Assembly (NCBI GenBank): GCA_038143065.1
Contig: JAYQLI010000035.1
Span: forward strand, 512,001 to 576,000
Direction of reading: 5' to 3'
Source: Rhodospirillales bacterium
GTDB taxonomy: Bacteria; Pseudomonadota; Alphaproteobacteria; Bin95
Length of the DNA: 64,000 bases
In this document: piece after piece, positions 1 to 10,946 of the stretch
How positions within the stretch are numbered: the stretch's first letter is position 1
Layout: each line of letters opens with the position of its first letter
Position numbers and translations under genes: made by a program
The notes under the pieces: generated by a model
Database searches by the model: none
The model's input: the letters and a program-made list of their open reading frames with translations, nothing else
What the model was told of the DNA's origin: nothing

Positions 1-852
1 CACGAATACACGCAGAAATTGCTAGATGCCGAACCAAAAGAACGGCCTATCTCCCCGGATCCCGAGGCCAAAGAAATAATTAGCTCAGAGAACTTAAAAG
101 TTTGGTTTCCAATTAAAAGAGGAATTCTACGACGCACAAATGGATATATTAAGGCTGTAGATGGCATCTCAATTTCTGTTAAAGCTGGCCAGACCTTGGG
201 TGTCGTGGGAGAGTCTGGATCTGGGAAAAGTACACTGGGTTTGGCTTTGCTTCGTCTTCAAGCAAGCAAAGGAAAAATTAGATTTTGTGGTTTAGATATT
301 AGCACTAAAAGACCTCCTGAACTCAGGCCAATGCGGCGAGAGATGCAGATAGTCTTTCAAGATCCGTACGGCAGCCTTAGTCCTCGTATGACTGTTGGAC
401 AGATTATTTCGGAGGGTCTTAAAACTCATAATATCGAAAGCAATGTGAGTAGGCGTGTGTCGGACGTGCTTAAAGAAGTTGGTCTCGAGGCTGAAATGTC
501 TAATCGATATCCAAATGAGTTTTCAGGTGGACAACGTCAGCGCATAGCTATTGCCCGAGCAATAATTCTTGAACCTCAGCTGCTAGTTTTAGATGAGCCG
601 ACCTCAGCTCTAGACACTACGGTTCAGGCACAAATAATAGAGCTGTTGCACACATTGCAGGTCAAACGAAGTCTCAGTTACATATTTATTAGCCATGACC
701 TAAGAGTGGTCAGAGCTCTTGCTCATGACTTAATTGTCATGAAAGAAGGAAAGGTTATTGAGCAGGGTGCAGCTGAACAAATTTTCACATCTCCAAAAAA
801 TGAATATACAAAACAATTGCTTGGGGCCGCCTTGGACATAGAAAATATTTAA
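1..852 (+). CDS. Peptide ABC transporter ATP-binding protein (YejF-like double ATPase), C-terminal half; truncated by window start
   Basis: Walker A GESGSGKS, Q-loop IVFQDPYGSLSPR, signature FSGGQRQR, Walker B LVLDEPTSALD; frame open back to the window edge. Confidence 0.9.
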   Translation, partial: HEYTQKLLDAEPKERPISPDPEAKEIISSENLKVWFPIKRGILRRTNGYIKAVDGISISVKAGQTLGVVGESGSGKSTLGLALLRLQASKGKIRFCGLDISTKRPPELRPMRREMQIVFQDPYGSLSPRMTVGQIISEGLKTHNIESNVSRRVSDVLKEVGLEAEMSNRYPNEFSGGQRQRIAIARAIILEPQLLVLDEPTSALDTTVQAQIIELLHTLQVKRSLSYIFISHDLRVVRALAHDLIVMKEGKVIEQGAAEQIFTSPKNEYTKQLLGAALDIENI

Positions 853-880
853 TTAAAAAATCAAATTTTCAGTAACTTAT

Positions 881-1213
881 TTAATTTATTAGCTCTAATT
901 TCTTATCAAAATATGTTAAAGCATCCTTTAGCACATTGCCGCGTTTAACGCGCTCTTTGGCCTTGAAAACCAACCATTCGATACCACCAGACCGGCGCCT
1001 AATTTTTACTACACTGTATAGTGGTGCATCAAAGGTGTGCTTAAACATTGTAAAACTTGCATATCCAGGCTGAAAATCTATTGCGTAATCCTTCCACTCT
1101 CCTGCCATAACGTGCCGACTATATAGGTTCATAAGTTCTCGAAGCTCGTTTGGATGTAAGCTTATTGGTTTAAGTGAACGGCGATAGCCTTCGAGGTTGA
1201 TTAGCGTGGCCAT
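881..1213 (-). CDS. DUF2794-like conserved alphaproteobacterial protein
   Basis: Motif ELRELMNLYSRHVMAGEWKDYAIDF...PLYSVVK. Confidence 0.75.
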   Translation of the reverse strand: MATLINLEGYRRSLKPISLHPNELRELMNLYSRHVMAGEWKDYAIDFQPGYASFTMFKHTFDAPLYSVVKIRRRSGGIEWLVFKAKERVKRGNVLKDALTYFDKKLELIN

Positions 1214-1399
1214 GTTTGTTCCCAGATAGCTGTCCGTGACTGCGAATAAAATTTTGTAATAACAAGCGATAGTTAATGGAAAGATGTTCGCTTGAAGTGG
1301 GTCCTTGTGTAAAGGGTTATAATTTCTCAGATTGCGCCAACATAGGTGGCTCTATATGGTGCGGTTGGTTTGGTACTGAGCAAATGAGGCATTCTCCCA

Positions 1400-2041
1400 G
1401 TGGTCGATATTTTTGATGAAATTGATGAAGATGTGCGCAAGGAGCGGCTTAATGCCGTTGCAAAGAAATACGGTCCATTCTTTGGGGGCGTTGTTGCGCT
1501 GATAATTGGAAGTGTCGCTGCTGTTACATTTTGGGAGCAACACAAGGAGACTAAGAGTGCTGATGCTGGTACTAGCTTCTTGTCAGCAGCTAGAGATGAA
1601 ACGGTTAAACCAGGTTCTGGTGCTTCAAGTTTTGCACAAGTAGCTGAAGAGGGGCCTGCTGGTTACGGAGTACTTGCGCGAATAAAGCAGGCTGAATCTC
1701 TTGCAGCTTCCGGCAATCGAGTAGGAGCCATTCAAGTGCTTGACCTGGCAAAAAGTGTCGACGCTCCAGAGCGTTATACTTCTTTAGCGAGCATTCTTTC
1801 TCTTTCACTTAGGTCCTATGACGAAAAGCCAGAAGAACTATTGCCGCTGGTTGAAACTTTAACAGTCTCGGATCATCCATGGCGCTTATTTGCGATTGAG
1901 TTAGCTGCCGCATTAGAGTTAAAACTTGGCCGCATTAATGACGCTAGAAAACGTTTGAATATCATTAGTTCAGATGCTTCCGCTCCGGTTTCGATGCGTT
2001 CACGGGCAGAAATGATGCTAAGTGGTCTTCCAGAAAGCTGA
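1400..2041 (+). CDS. YfgM-like membrane-anchored TPR protein
   Basis: N-terminal DIFDEIDEDVRKERL, one TM helix, helical repeats; first gene of the conserved yfgM-bamB-der order. Confidence 0.8.
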   Translation: MVDIFDEIDEDVRKERLNAVAKKYGPFFGGVVALIIGSVAAVTFWEQHKETKSADAGTSFLSAARDETVKPGSGASSFAQVAEEGPAGYGVLARIKQAESLAASGNRVGAIQVLDLAKSVDAPERYTSLASILSLSLRSYDEKPEELLPLVETLTVSDHPWRLFAIELAAALELKLGRINDARKRLNIISSDASAPVSMRSRAEMMLSGLPES

Positions 2042-2049
2042 AGAAAAAG

Positions 2050-3375
2050 ATGAGACTACTAAAATTTGTAGTTTGCTTTACCGGATTTCTTGTCGCCGCG
2101 TGCGGAGATGGAAGCTTTTTAGAAGCCCAAAAGAAGCCCAGGCTTCCTGGTGATCGCATAGACCCATTAGCTAAAATATCTGCGTTGAAACCAGATAGTT
2201 CATTGCGTGATGTACAACCTGTTCTTCCTCCTTCCTTTAATGCTGATTGGCCACAACCACACGGAGGTCCTAACCATTCGCCAGGTCATCGGAGCTTATC
2301 AAGTCAGCCATCACTTCAATGGAGTGTTGATATTGGAGAGGGCACAAATAATGAAGAACGTCGGATACTTTATCCCCCTGTCTCTGATGGTGAACGCCTG
2401 TATTCATTAGATGCAGGAGGGCGTGTTATAGCGCTCGCAGCAAATTCTGGTGAAGAAATTTGGCGTCGCAATCCTGTTCCAGAACAGGAGGAAGATGGGT
2501 ACGGTGGGGGCTTATCCGTTGCTGACGGTAAGGTGTATTTTGCGGCCGGGTTCAGCGCTGTAATCGCTTTTGATTCTTCTAATGGAGAAGAGCTTTGGCG
2601 TACAGCATTACCTACTCCATCCCGAGCAGCACCTTCGATCGATCGCGGCAGAGTATTTGTTATTACTATTGATAATCGTTTGATTGTTTTAGATGGCAGT
2701 GACGGTCGAATTCTTTGGAGTTTTGAGGCTCCAGCTGCATCGGCGACGCTTCTTGGTGGCGCTTCTCCTGCTGCCGCTGCAGGTGCAGTAATTGCTGCGA
2801 TGTCAACGGGTGAGATTTTTGCCTTTAGTGCCGCCAGCGGTCGCGTTGTTTGGGATGATGCACTTAAAGCAATTCGAGGGGTTGGTCTTTCCCGAGCTAT
2901 ACCAGCTGCACGAGCATTGCCCGTGATAGATAATGATCAGGTTTTTGCTGTGGGTGCAGGAGGTTTTACGACCAGTATAAACTTTGTAACTGGACAACGT
3001 ATTTGGGATATTGAACTTGGTGGAGCTGAAACTCCTATCGTGCTTGGTGATTACATTTATATGGTCAGCAGTCCTGAGCATTTAGTGGCTCTTCGCCGTA
3101 GGGACGGTGCCGTCGTATGGGCTACCAACCTAGCTGAAGTCTTAGGGGATAATGACGATAATGACCCTTTGCATCGTATCTATACTGGACCAATAGCTGC
3201 GGGAGGTCATTTGGTTTTAGTAAGAGGTGATGGAGTTCTAATTTTCATCCAGCCAAGTGATGGTGCTCTTAAGCAAAGGATTGAGCTACCAGGGCCAACA
3301 GTTTTGGCTCCGATTGTTGTTAATGGAACAATGTATATCCTAACTGAGGACGGCGTGCTTGCCGCATACCGTTAA
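2050..3375 (+). CDS. bamB: BamB-like PQQ-repeat beta-propeller lipoprotein
   Basis: Lipobox LVAAC; repeated A-x-D/N-x-x-x-G-x-x-x-W blades; directly upstream of der. Confidence 0.8.
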   Translation: MRLLKFVVCFTGFLVAACGDGSFLEAQKKPRLPGDRIDPLAKISALKPDSSLRDVQPVLPPSFNADWPQPHGGPNHSPGHRSLSSQPSLQWSVDIGEGTNNEERRILYPPVSDGERLYSLDAGGRVIALAANSGEEIWRRNPVPEQEEDGYGGGLSVADGKVYFAAGFSAVIAFDSSNGEELWRTALPTPSRAAPSIDRGRVFVITIDNRLIVLDGSDGRILWSFEAPAASATLLGGASPAAAAGAVIAAMSTGEIFAFSAASGRVVWDDALKAIRGVGLSRAIPAARALPVIDNDQVFAVGAGGFTTSINFVTGQRIWDIELGGAETPIVLGDYIYMVSSPEHLVALRRRDGAVVWATNLAEVLGDNDDNDPLHRIYTGPIAAGGHLVLVRGDGVLIFIQPSDGALKQRIELPGPTVLAPIVVNGTMYILTEDGVLAAYR

Positions 3376-4762
3376 TGTTTACGGTCGCTATAGTTGGTCG
3401 TCCCAATGTAGGTAAATCTACTTTATTCAACCGATTAACAGGTAAACGGGCTGCAATTGTTGATAACCAGCCGGGCGTCACTAGAGATAGACGTTTCGGC
3501 GCAGCTAACATCGCAGATCTAGAATTTACTGCTATTGATACAGCGGGCTTTGATGACCAAGAGCGGGGGTATCTAGCTGAGGGAATGAGGCGTCAAACTG
3601 AAAGGGCATTGGATGAAGCTGATGCTGCTATCATGTTAATTGACGCGCGGTCGGGGATTACCCCTTTAGATCAGAGTTTTGCAGAAATTTTAAGATCATA
3701 TGGAAAACCCTTTGCGCTTATAGCAAACAAATGTGAAGGCAGAGCAAGTCAAGTGGGTCTTGCGGAAGCTTGGGAATTAGGACTGGGTGAAGCCTGTGCA
3801 GTTTCCGCTGAACATGGAGAGGGTTTATCGGAACTTTACGATCTCCTATTGGATCTTAAGGAGAGATCTGGACTTATAGAAAGTGATGGAACTGTAACGA
3901 TAAGGGAATCTAGCGTTGGCGCAGAAATTGATGCCGATGCTGAAGATGAACTCTTAAGGCCAGTACGCCTTGCAATTATCGGACGTCCTAATGTTGGAAA
4001 GTCAACGCTTTTAAACCGGATCCTTGGAGAGGAGAGGGCTCTCGTTGGTCCGGAGCCCGGTGTGACGCGTGACTCAATATCCGTTGATTTCATGTGGCGT
4101 GAGAAACCTGTTATTCTCTTTGACACCGCAGGAATGAGACGAAGGGCTCGTGTGCAGGATACCGTCGAGAAAAAAGCTGTCGGAGACACTTTTGAGGCGG
4201 TTAAGTTTGCCGACGTTACCGTATTGATTATCGATGCTAACTTTGGACTTGAGCGGCAAGATCTGACTATTGCACACCACGTTGTAACTGAAGGACGAGC
4301 ATTAGTTATAGGTATTAATAAATGGGACTCAGTGAAGGACAGAGATGCCAGCATTAGTGGTGTCCGCGATAGGATCCTTACATCACTTCCTGATGCCAAA
4401 GGCGTTAGCGTAGTCACGCTTTCAGGCCTGACTGGCGATCGAGTAGATAAGCTTTTAGATGCGGCAATGGCTGCTTACGAAATTTGGAATACTCGTGTTT
4501 CGACGGGAGCCTTAAATCGTTGGCTAGCTGAAGTTGTTGAGAGGCACCCGCCTCCTTTACATCGAGGGCGCCGCCCAAGACTTCGTTACATGACTCAAAT
4601 TAAGCGTCGCCCTCCTACCTTTACCCTTTTTGGGGTTGATAGGGATTCATTGCCCGAAACCTATTTAAGATATCTGGCGAATGAACTGCGTGTTGCGTTT
4701 GACTTTCCGGGTACTCTATACGTTTCAATCTCCGTCGAGCTGAAAACCCTTTCAAGGATTAA
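3375..4762 (+). CDS. der: Ribosome biogenesis GTPase Der (EngA); apparent 1-bp deletion near 4715
   Basis: Two GRPNVGKS / DTAG / NKxD GTPase domains; restoring one base gives the canonical end GTPIRFNLRRAENPFKD* (TAA 4760-4762). Confidence 0.95.
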
Positions 4763-4767
4763 AATTT

Positions 4768-5688
4768 ATGTCACTTTTCCAACCTCCTAAGGATATTAAA
4801 GCAGAGGTTTTTGTAAGCCTGCCTGATAAATTTCGTGTGAAGGGAAAAGTGCCTGAGTGGGCAATCATTAATAAGGCTGGGTCAACTTTAGACAGTTTTC
4901 TTGAGGGCCCTGCTTTTGATAAAGCCGGAAATTTATATTTCGTTGATATAGCTTGGGGACGTATTTTTAAAGCAGATCCCGCAGGAAATATCGATTTAGT
5001 AACAGAGTATGATGGTGAACCAAACGGCTTAAAAGTTATGGCTGATGGTTCCCTAATGGTGGCAGATTACAAAAATGGTTTAATGTTGGTAGACCCAGTA
5101 TCTGGTTTGGTCACACCCCATTGCACGCGGTATCGTCTAGAAGCTTTTAAGGGTGTAAACGATTTATGTATTTCTAAGAACGGAACAATTTGGTTCACTG
5201 ATCAGGGACAAACGGGTCTGCAAGATCCAACTGGGCGGATTTTCCGGCTACAGGTTGATGGCTCCCTAGACTGTTTCCTTGAGGGAATTCCCAGCCCTAA
5301 TGGGTTGGTTCTTAACCAATCAGAAACTATTCTTTTTATAGCCGTTACACGCGGTAACAATGTCTGGCGTGCACCGATAATGCCAGATGGAATGCCCAGC
5401 AAGGTGGGCGTGTTTTTACAGTTGTCTGGTGGCGGCGGACCAGATGGGATGGCTTTGACAGCAGATGGGGGATTAGTCGTAGCTCATGCTGGCATGGGCT
5501 CTGTATGGGTTTTTTCACCATTAGGTGAACCATTATATCGCGTGAGGTGCGAAAAGGGCATTACATCGACCAATGTCGCATTTGGTGGAGCTAATAATCG
5601 GGATCTTTACATCACAGAAAGCGAATCTGGTCATATTCTAAAGGCAAAGCTTCCTGTTTCTGGACTTCCTCTGCAGCACTTAAACTAA
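4768..5688 (+). CDS. SMP-30/gluconolactonase/LRE family protein
   Basis: FLEGPAFD, PNGL (twice), NDL, GPDGM and TNVAFGG motifs. Confidence 0.9.
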   Translation: MSLFQPPKDIKAEVFVSLPDKFRVKGKVPEWAIINKAGSTLDSFLEGPAFDKAGNLYFVDIAWGRIFKADPAGNIDLVTEYDGEPNGLKVMADGSLMVADYKNGLMLVDPVSGLVTPHCTRYRLEAFKGVNDLCISKNGTIWFTDQGQTGLQDPTGRIFRLQVDGSLDCFLEGIPSPNGLVLNQSETILFIAVTRGNNVWRAPIMPDGMPSKVGVFLQLSGGGGPDGMALTADGGLVVAHAGMGSVWVFSPLGEPLYRVRCEKGITSTNVAFGGANNRDLYITESESGHILKAKLPVSGLPLQHLN

Positions 5689-7849
5689 TTGAATCGAGTG
5701 GCTATCTGATCTTTCGATAAAAGTTCCAATTACCTTTGCTTCTGGATAGCCGTTGGAACGTAATGAATTTATTGCTAATTCAGAACTCTGAGCCGGAATA
5801 GCTGCTAGAAGGCCTCCAGCTGTTTGAGGGTCAAACAGAGTCGGTTTTTCTTGCCGAACCGAAAGGTTGGAAATTCGTGAAGCAAAAGCAGAATTAGGTT
5901 CAGCCATCGTGCTCTCTATTCCAGCTTTTAAGGCTTTAATTGCTCCTGATAAACAAGGGATCGAGTCACTGTTAATTTGAGCAGATAAGCTAGCACCGTC
6001 AGCCATTTCTATTAAATGTCCTGCAAGTCCAAATCCGGTAACATCAGTTAGAGCATGAGCACCCAAATCGGCTAAAATCTTTGAAGCACATTCATTGGAT
6101 TTTCTCATTTGAAGTATTGCTTCTTCAAAATCACTATGATCGGCAGCAGCATGCATATTTGCCGCTAAAATGGCTCCAAGGCCTAATGGTTTTGTAAGGA
6201 TGATATGATCGCCTAGTTCTGCTCCTGCTTTATGCTTAATCATTTCATTTGATATGAACCCATTAACACTAAGACCAAGAGCTAATTCCGCGCCTTCACC
6301 GGTATGTCCTCCAACCAATGTTGCTCCTGCTTGTTCCAAGGCATCCTTTACTCCAGTAAGTAACTGGAACAAGTCACGTTCCGTAGCGCTTTCGCTGCCA
6401 AAAGGTAAAATCGCAGTCACTAGCGCGCTGGAAGGCTTTGCGCCCATTGCATAAATGTCACTAAGAGCATGCTTTGTAGAAATCTCACCAAATAAATAAG
6501 GATCACCTAGGAAATCTCGGAAATGGTCAACTGTTTGTACTAATTTCGCCCCTGGTGGAGGCGTAATTATCGCTGCGTCATCCCCTGTGTGATTTGATAG
6601 GCCAAGCCGCTTTAATACCCGCCTCAAGATGGGACTTGATATTTTTGCTCCACAACCCCCACAACGCATTTGATGATTAATCTCTTGAGATTGCGCTGTT
6701 TCGGATGAAGCGGTGGGCATTGGAGGAAGTTTTGAATAACGAGCCATCCACCTTCGGTCGAGGATGTCCTTCCACTGCCAAACCCAATGGCCTGAAAGCG
6801 CCAACTTACCGTACGACGCTACTGCGGTTTCATGGCCAGTTGTAATGATAGCCAAAGTTCGTTTTTGTGGTCGCCACTTTAACAATGGTATGCCTAGTGC
6901 AGCTCGGCGGAGATTTTGAGCAAGGAGGGGGCCTTGGCGAACTGCGTAAACGCCTGACTTAGCAACGGGAGAGTTGCTAAACTCAGCGCAATCCCCAGCA
7001 GCAAATATATCTGGATGACTCCGACTCTGAAGTGATGAATTGATCTTTAAAAATCCATTTTCGTTTGTGGCGAGTCCAGTTAATGCCAGCCAATTGTGAG
7101 CTGCCGCCCCTGTAGCCAACACGAAAAAATCGGCTTTGAGCTTTTCGCCAGTATGCAGAATTACCTCCGCCTCATCGTTTGCAATGGCGCGAGCTTTAAA
7201 TCGCAATTTAATATTTTTACTGACAAGGGCCTTTTTATTTGGCGTCGAACTGAAGCCCCATGTCCGGGCAAAAGGTCATCTGTATCCGATATTAATGTTA
7301 TAGAGGCTGGATTGTTTTTTTATGCTCAAAATACGCATGTAACGATATCGCTGTTTCTATTCCCCCGGCACCAGCACCAGCAATTACAATCTCAGGATGC
7401 GCAACGTTCTTTTGGTCAAGCTTTTGTAGGCTTTTTTAAGAACTGTTGTATTGGTTTTACTGGGAATGCATACTTAGACGCACCCTCAATATCTGTAATG
7501 GGTGGGGTTGAGCCAATATTAACAGATAGGACGTTGTAAGCGACTGGTGGTCTGTTTTTAGGATGACTTCCTGACTAACGGGATCAATATTGATCGCCTT
7601 ATCACAGATAAAATCAATTTTTCCCCACCGTGTTAGCTTATTTAAATCAATATAGCTTTCATCAGCTGTATATTCGCCACGAATAAGTCCAGGAAGCATT
7701 CCTGAGTAGGGCGTTCTCATATCCTCCGATATAACTGTTAACCTCACGCCCGGCTCAGGGCGCATGGCAAATGCCTTGATCACTGCCAGATGGGCGTGAC
7801 CACCACCAATGAGAACAATATCTTTTTCTACAGGGGCTGCTTGCTGCAA
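5680..7849 (-). CDS. selD: Selenide, water dikinase SelD fused to an N-terminal FAD-dependent pyridine-nucleotide oxidoreductase domain; several indels between about 7200 and 7560
   Basis: N-part: LIGGGHAH, PYSGMLPG, second GAGAGGIE motif (about 7350-7385), FAAGDC, KSGVYAVRQGP; C-part: MRCGGCGAK, DDAA, QTVDHF, GGHT, TDVTGFGLAGHL, DPQTAGGLL. Confidence 0.9.
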
Positions 7850-8003
7850 CGGAATGACCTTGTCAAATTGTCTGGATGAAGTGACTGTGGGTTGCAGCTA
7901 AACAAACCAAGTGCCACCTGCAAATTATTAATGGGTAAAACATAGTTTTTAAAAGTCTATATAAAATGTCTTTAAGGTTTTTGCGCTCGAAACTTTTTGA
8001 TGA

Positions 8004-8561
8004 TCACCGCGTGCGAGACCATGGCAGCATTCGTCTTAGAGTATTATCTCCATCACAAAAATGATGTTTAAGCGCGGCGAGAGAGTGAACGAGGATGAGG
8101 CAGATCAATAGATTACCAATAATTTCGTGAGCGACTTTAGACGCAACCAGGATGCTCTCGCTTGAGCTAAAGAGATTTGGAACAATAATTCCAGAATTAA
8201 AAATATCGATCGGTGTGCCACTTGCAGACGCCATCATCCAACCACTTATTGGTAGACCTGCTATGCAGGCGTAAAGAAAGATATGAGCCCATTTGGCTAG
8301 AACAGATTGTTTTTGACTGATGGTCGAAATTGGGATGGGAGGTGGATCTATCTTACGCCAAGCCAAACGCAGCAAAACTACTGTTAGCACTATCATTCCA
8401 AGCGATTTGTGAAAGGCATAGAGCTCAAACTTAAGTGGGCTAAGTTCAAGTTCATGCATATAAATCCCAAGCGCAATCATAACTAAGATCAGAGCGACTG
8501 TTATCCAGTGAAAAAATTTTGCGAGGCTGCCAAAGTTATTTTTAGTATTTCTGATACCCAT
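8004..8561 (-). CDS. Cytochrome b561 (YceJ/CybB family)
   Basis: Four TM helices with His ligands: FHW, HKSLG, AHIFLY, HE..H; ends AALKHHF..D.TLRRM. Confidence 0.9.
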   Translation of the reverse strand: MGIRNTKNNFGSLAKFFHWITVALILVMIALGIYMHELELSPLKFELYAFHKSLGMIVLTVVLLRLAWRKIDPPPIPISTISQKQSVLAKWAHIFLYACIAGLPISGWMMASASGTPIDIFNSGIIVPNLFSSSESILVASKVAHEIIGNLLICLILVHSLAALKHHFCDGDNTLRRMLPWSRTR

Positions 8562-8572
8562 GACAGATTTCT

Positions 8573-9150
8573 TTATTTTGGGGAGGCTTCAAAAGCTATT
8601 TTTATCGTAACTTCGTTGGAAACAAATGCGCGCCATGCACTAAGTCCCCAGTCGCGCCTGTTAATTGTAGCTTCAGCTTGAATTCCAATAATTGGTGAAC
8701 CCGTAAAAGGATGTTTTGCCTCCCATTAAACTGGGCCTTAAATATGACTGGGCGTTTTTTGCCTTTGAGTTCAAGCTCCCCTTCAACATGGCCAGTGTTA
8801 TCGCTCTTTCGAACAATTCTAGTGCTAGTGAATGTCATATATGGAAAATTTTGCGCGTCGAAGAACTGATCGCCTACAAGTATCTCGTTCATCAGACCGT
8901 CGTCGGTCTCTAGACTTTTTATTGATATTTTAACCTTTACGGAGCTGTTCTCAGCATTCTGTCTGTCATAATCCAGATGTATTTCAGCTTTCTTAAAGCG
9001 ACCGTAATTCGGAAGTATTCCTAAATGTTGGACGGAAAATTGAACGAATGTGTGCTTTGGGTCTGACTTCCAGGGCGCAGCAAAGGCATTCATGGATGAA
9101 ATGAATAAGATTACCGCAGTTAAACATGGTGAGATTATTTTCAAAATCAT
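8573..9150 (-). CDS. yceI: YceI family periplasmic lipid/polyisoprenoid-binding protein; indel near 8720
   Basis: Signal peptide, W..DPKHTFVQFSVQHLG, GRF, FFDA..FP..TF; shifted frame continues INRRDWGL...EVTIKIAFEASPK*. Confidence 0.85.
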
Positions 9151-9258
9151 TTTAAAGCCCTTCAAGTGCCTTATGCTTCTGCGCTCTTAAGAATACGGAG
9201 ATCAACTGAATCAACCCTGAATTCATTAGATCATATTTATATTATTATCGCAGTGTTT

Positions 9259-10647
9259 TTAGTAATCTAAGGATGCCATCTCCCCCAAAGTAACCGGGGA
9301 TATGGGCATGCGAACACGCATTGGTTCTACTTCGCCTACCTTCTTACCATGACTTTGGGCAATTATCGCGGCTGTCGTATCGGCACATATTCGACCTTGG
9401 CATGGCCCCATTCCACAACGAAGGAATGCTTTTAGTTGGTTTGGGCCCTGTGCGCCCATTTTTACTGCATCGCGTATTTCACCAGCAGAAACTGCCTCAC
9501 ATCTACAGACAATTGTTGAATCCTTCGGATGAGTAAATGCTTTAGCTGGTGGATAGAGCGCGTTCAAAAATGGTCGGCTTGCTCTTGCTTTTCCAAGCTT
9601 CCGTAACTCTTCTGAGTTAACGCTTAAGTCTCCTTTGAGTGAATGGCTAACCGCTGCTCCCGCAAAGAATCCCATAGCTGATGCTGCCTTCCATCCTCCA
9701 ATACCTGCGGCATCACCTGCAACAAATATCCATGGTTTTTCTGCAAGCTGGCCAGCAATAGATACAAGTTTAGGTCGCCATGAAGCGTCTGATTTATCGT
9801 ACCACATGGATGTGCGCATTGATCTGAGTAGTTGAGTATTCGGAACAACGCCATCGTGGATGAGCAGAGAAGATGCGGAGCATTCTTCGGCTTTGCCTCT
9901 TAACGTTTTCCATGTCACCCGCTCAAGACTATTTTTCCCATGCGCTTCTAAGGAAATTACATTTTTAACCGAAGTTTTTGTTCCAAATGAGCTATTTAAA
10001 CGCCAAGCAATACCCTTTGATAGGTCTGCAGCTCCAGCAAGGGCTCCAGGGAGGTGAGGTATAGCTTTCCAAATACTATTTGGATGATCTAAACGAAGCA
10101 GAACATCTGGCTGCATGCCGACTGCTTTTAATTGTGATAAAATAAGCAGAAAAAGAGGTCCTTGGCCTGCGAGGACAAAAGGCCTTTTCGGGACTAAGTC
10201 CGCAGTTTTTAGTGCAATTTGCGCTGCTCCAGCAGTAATTATACCTGGCAAGGTCCAGCCAGGGAAAGGCATGGACCGCTCTTGGGCCCCTACAGCTATT
10301 ATAAGGCGTTTAGCGGCTATACGTTTAACGCTTCCGTTGTGCAGGTAAAGAATGATGCCGCCATTTTTGCTTTCTGTTTCCTCGACACCAATTACCCGGG
10401 CTTCTGGCCGATAATCTACGTTAGATGATAAAAAGTAGTTAATAGGATTGAGGCCTCGACGATAATCATTCCCAAAGTGCGATAGATCACGCCTTTGTTC
10501 TACCTGTTTCAAAGAGCGCCAAATTTGACCGCCGGGCATTGTTTGTTCGTCTAATACAACAACTTCATTATTTGAAGCCGCTTTCGCAGCAGCTATACCA
10601 GCTGGGCCAGCACCAATTATTACTACCTCGGTTGCTTCAGTTTTCAT
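9259..10647 (-). CDS. HcnB/OoxA-like FAD/NAD(P) oxidoreductase with C-terminal BFD-like [2Fe-2S] domain
   Basis: IIGAGPAGIAAA, GAQERSMPFPGWTLPG, AGDAAGIGG, VCRCEAV...RCGMGPCQGRIC. Confidence 0.88.
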   Translation of the reverse strand: MKTEATEVVIIGAGPAGIAAAKAASNNEVVVLDEQTMPGGQIWRSLKQVEQRRDLSHFGNDYRRGLNPINYFLSSNVDYRPEARVIGVEETESKNGGIILYLHNGSVKRIAAKRLIIAVGAQERSMPFPGWTLPGIITAGAAQIALKTADLVPKRPFVLAGQGPLFLLILSQLKAVGMQPDVLLRLDHPNSIWKAIPHLPGALAGAADLSKGIAWRLNSSFGTKTSVKNVISLEAHGKNSLERVTWKTLRGKAEECSASSLLIHDGVVPNTQLLRSMRTSMWYDKSDASWRPKLVSIAGQLAEKPWIFVAGDAAGIGGWKAASAMGFFAGAAVSHSLKGDLSVNSEELRKLGKARASRPFLNALYPPAKAFTHPKDSTIVCRCEAVSAGEIRDAVKMGAQGPNQLKAFLRCGMGPCQGRICADTTAAIIAQSHGKKVGEVEPMRVRMPISPVTLGEMASLDY

Positions 10648-10946
10648 CAAGCTCCTCCACGCTTGGTCTATTACTTTGCAACCTCACTACCATGCCTTCA
10701 GCGACAATAACCAAGCAAGCTTGTTTATTTGGACTGCCATCAATATTCATGAGACATTCAAAACAGGAACCCATTAAGCAGTAAGGGGCTCGTGGTTTTC
10801 AGAAACAGGATTATACCGCGTTGGAAAATGCTGTGAAGCTAATACCGCACTTGCGACACTCTCACCGGCACGGCAATAGAAGGTTTTCCATTTATTGTAA
10901 TATTTACAATATGTTCACCCACAATTTTACTTCTACGTATTAGCAC
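10637..10946 (-). CDS. HcnA-like (2Fe-2S)-binding subunit; not in ORF track because of two indels
   Basis: Manual minus-strand translation: AGESVASAVL...PRAPYCLMGSCFECLMNIDGSPNKQACLVIVAEGMVV. Confidence 0.85.

Noticed and set aside
3836-4417. Long antisense ORFs (e.g. 3836-4417, 7096-7539, 51900-52370) and ORFs crossing the tRNAs
   Set aside because: Shadow frames of well-supported genes on the other strand, with no motifs of their own
7902-7916. Sigma-54-like promoter TGGCAC-N5-TTGT upstream of the selD fusion
   Set aside because: The -12 element lacks the conserved GC and no activator or other support is visible
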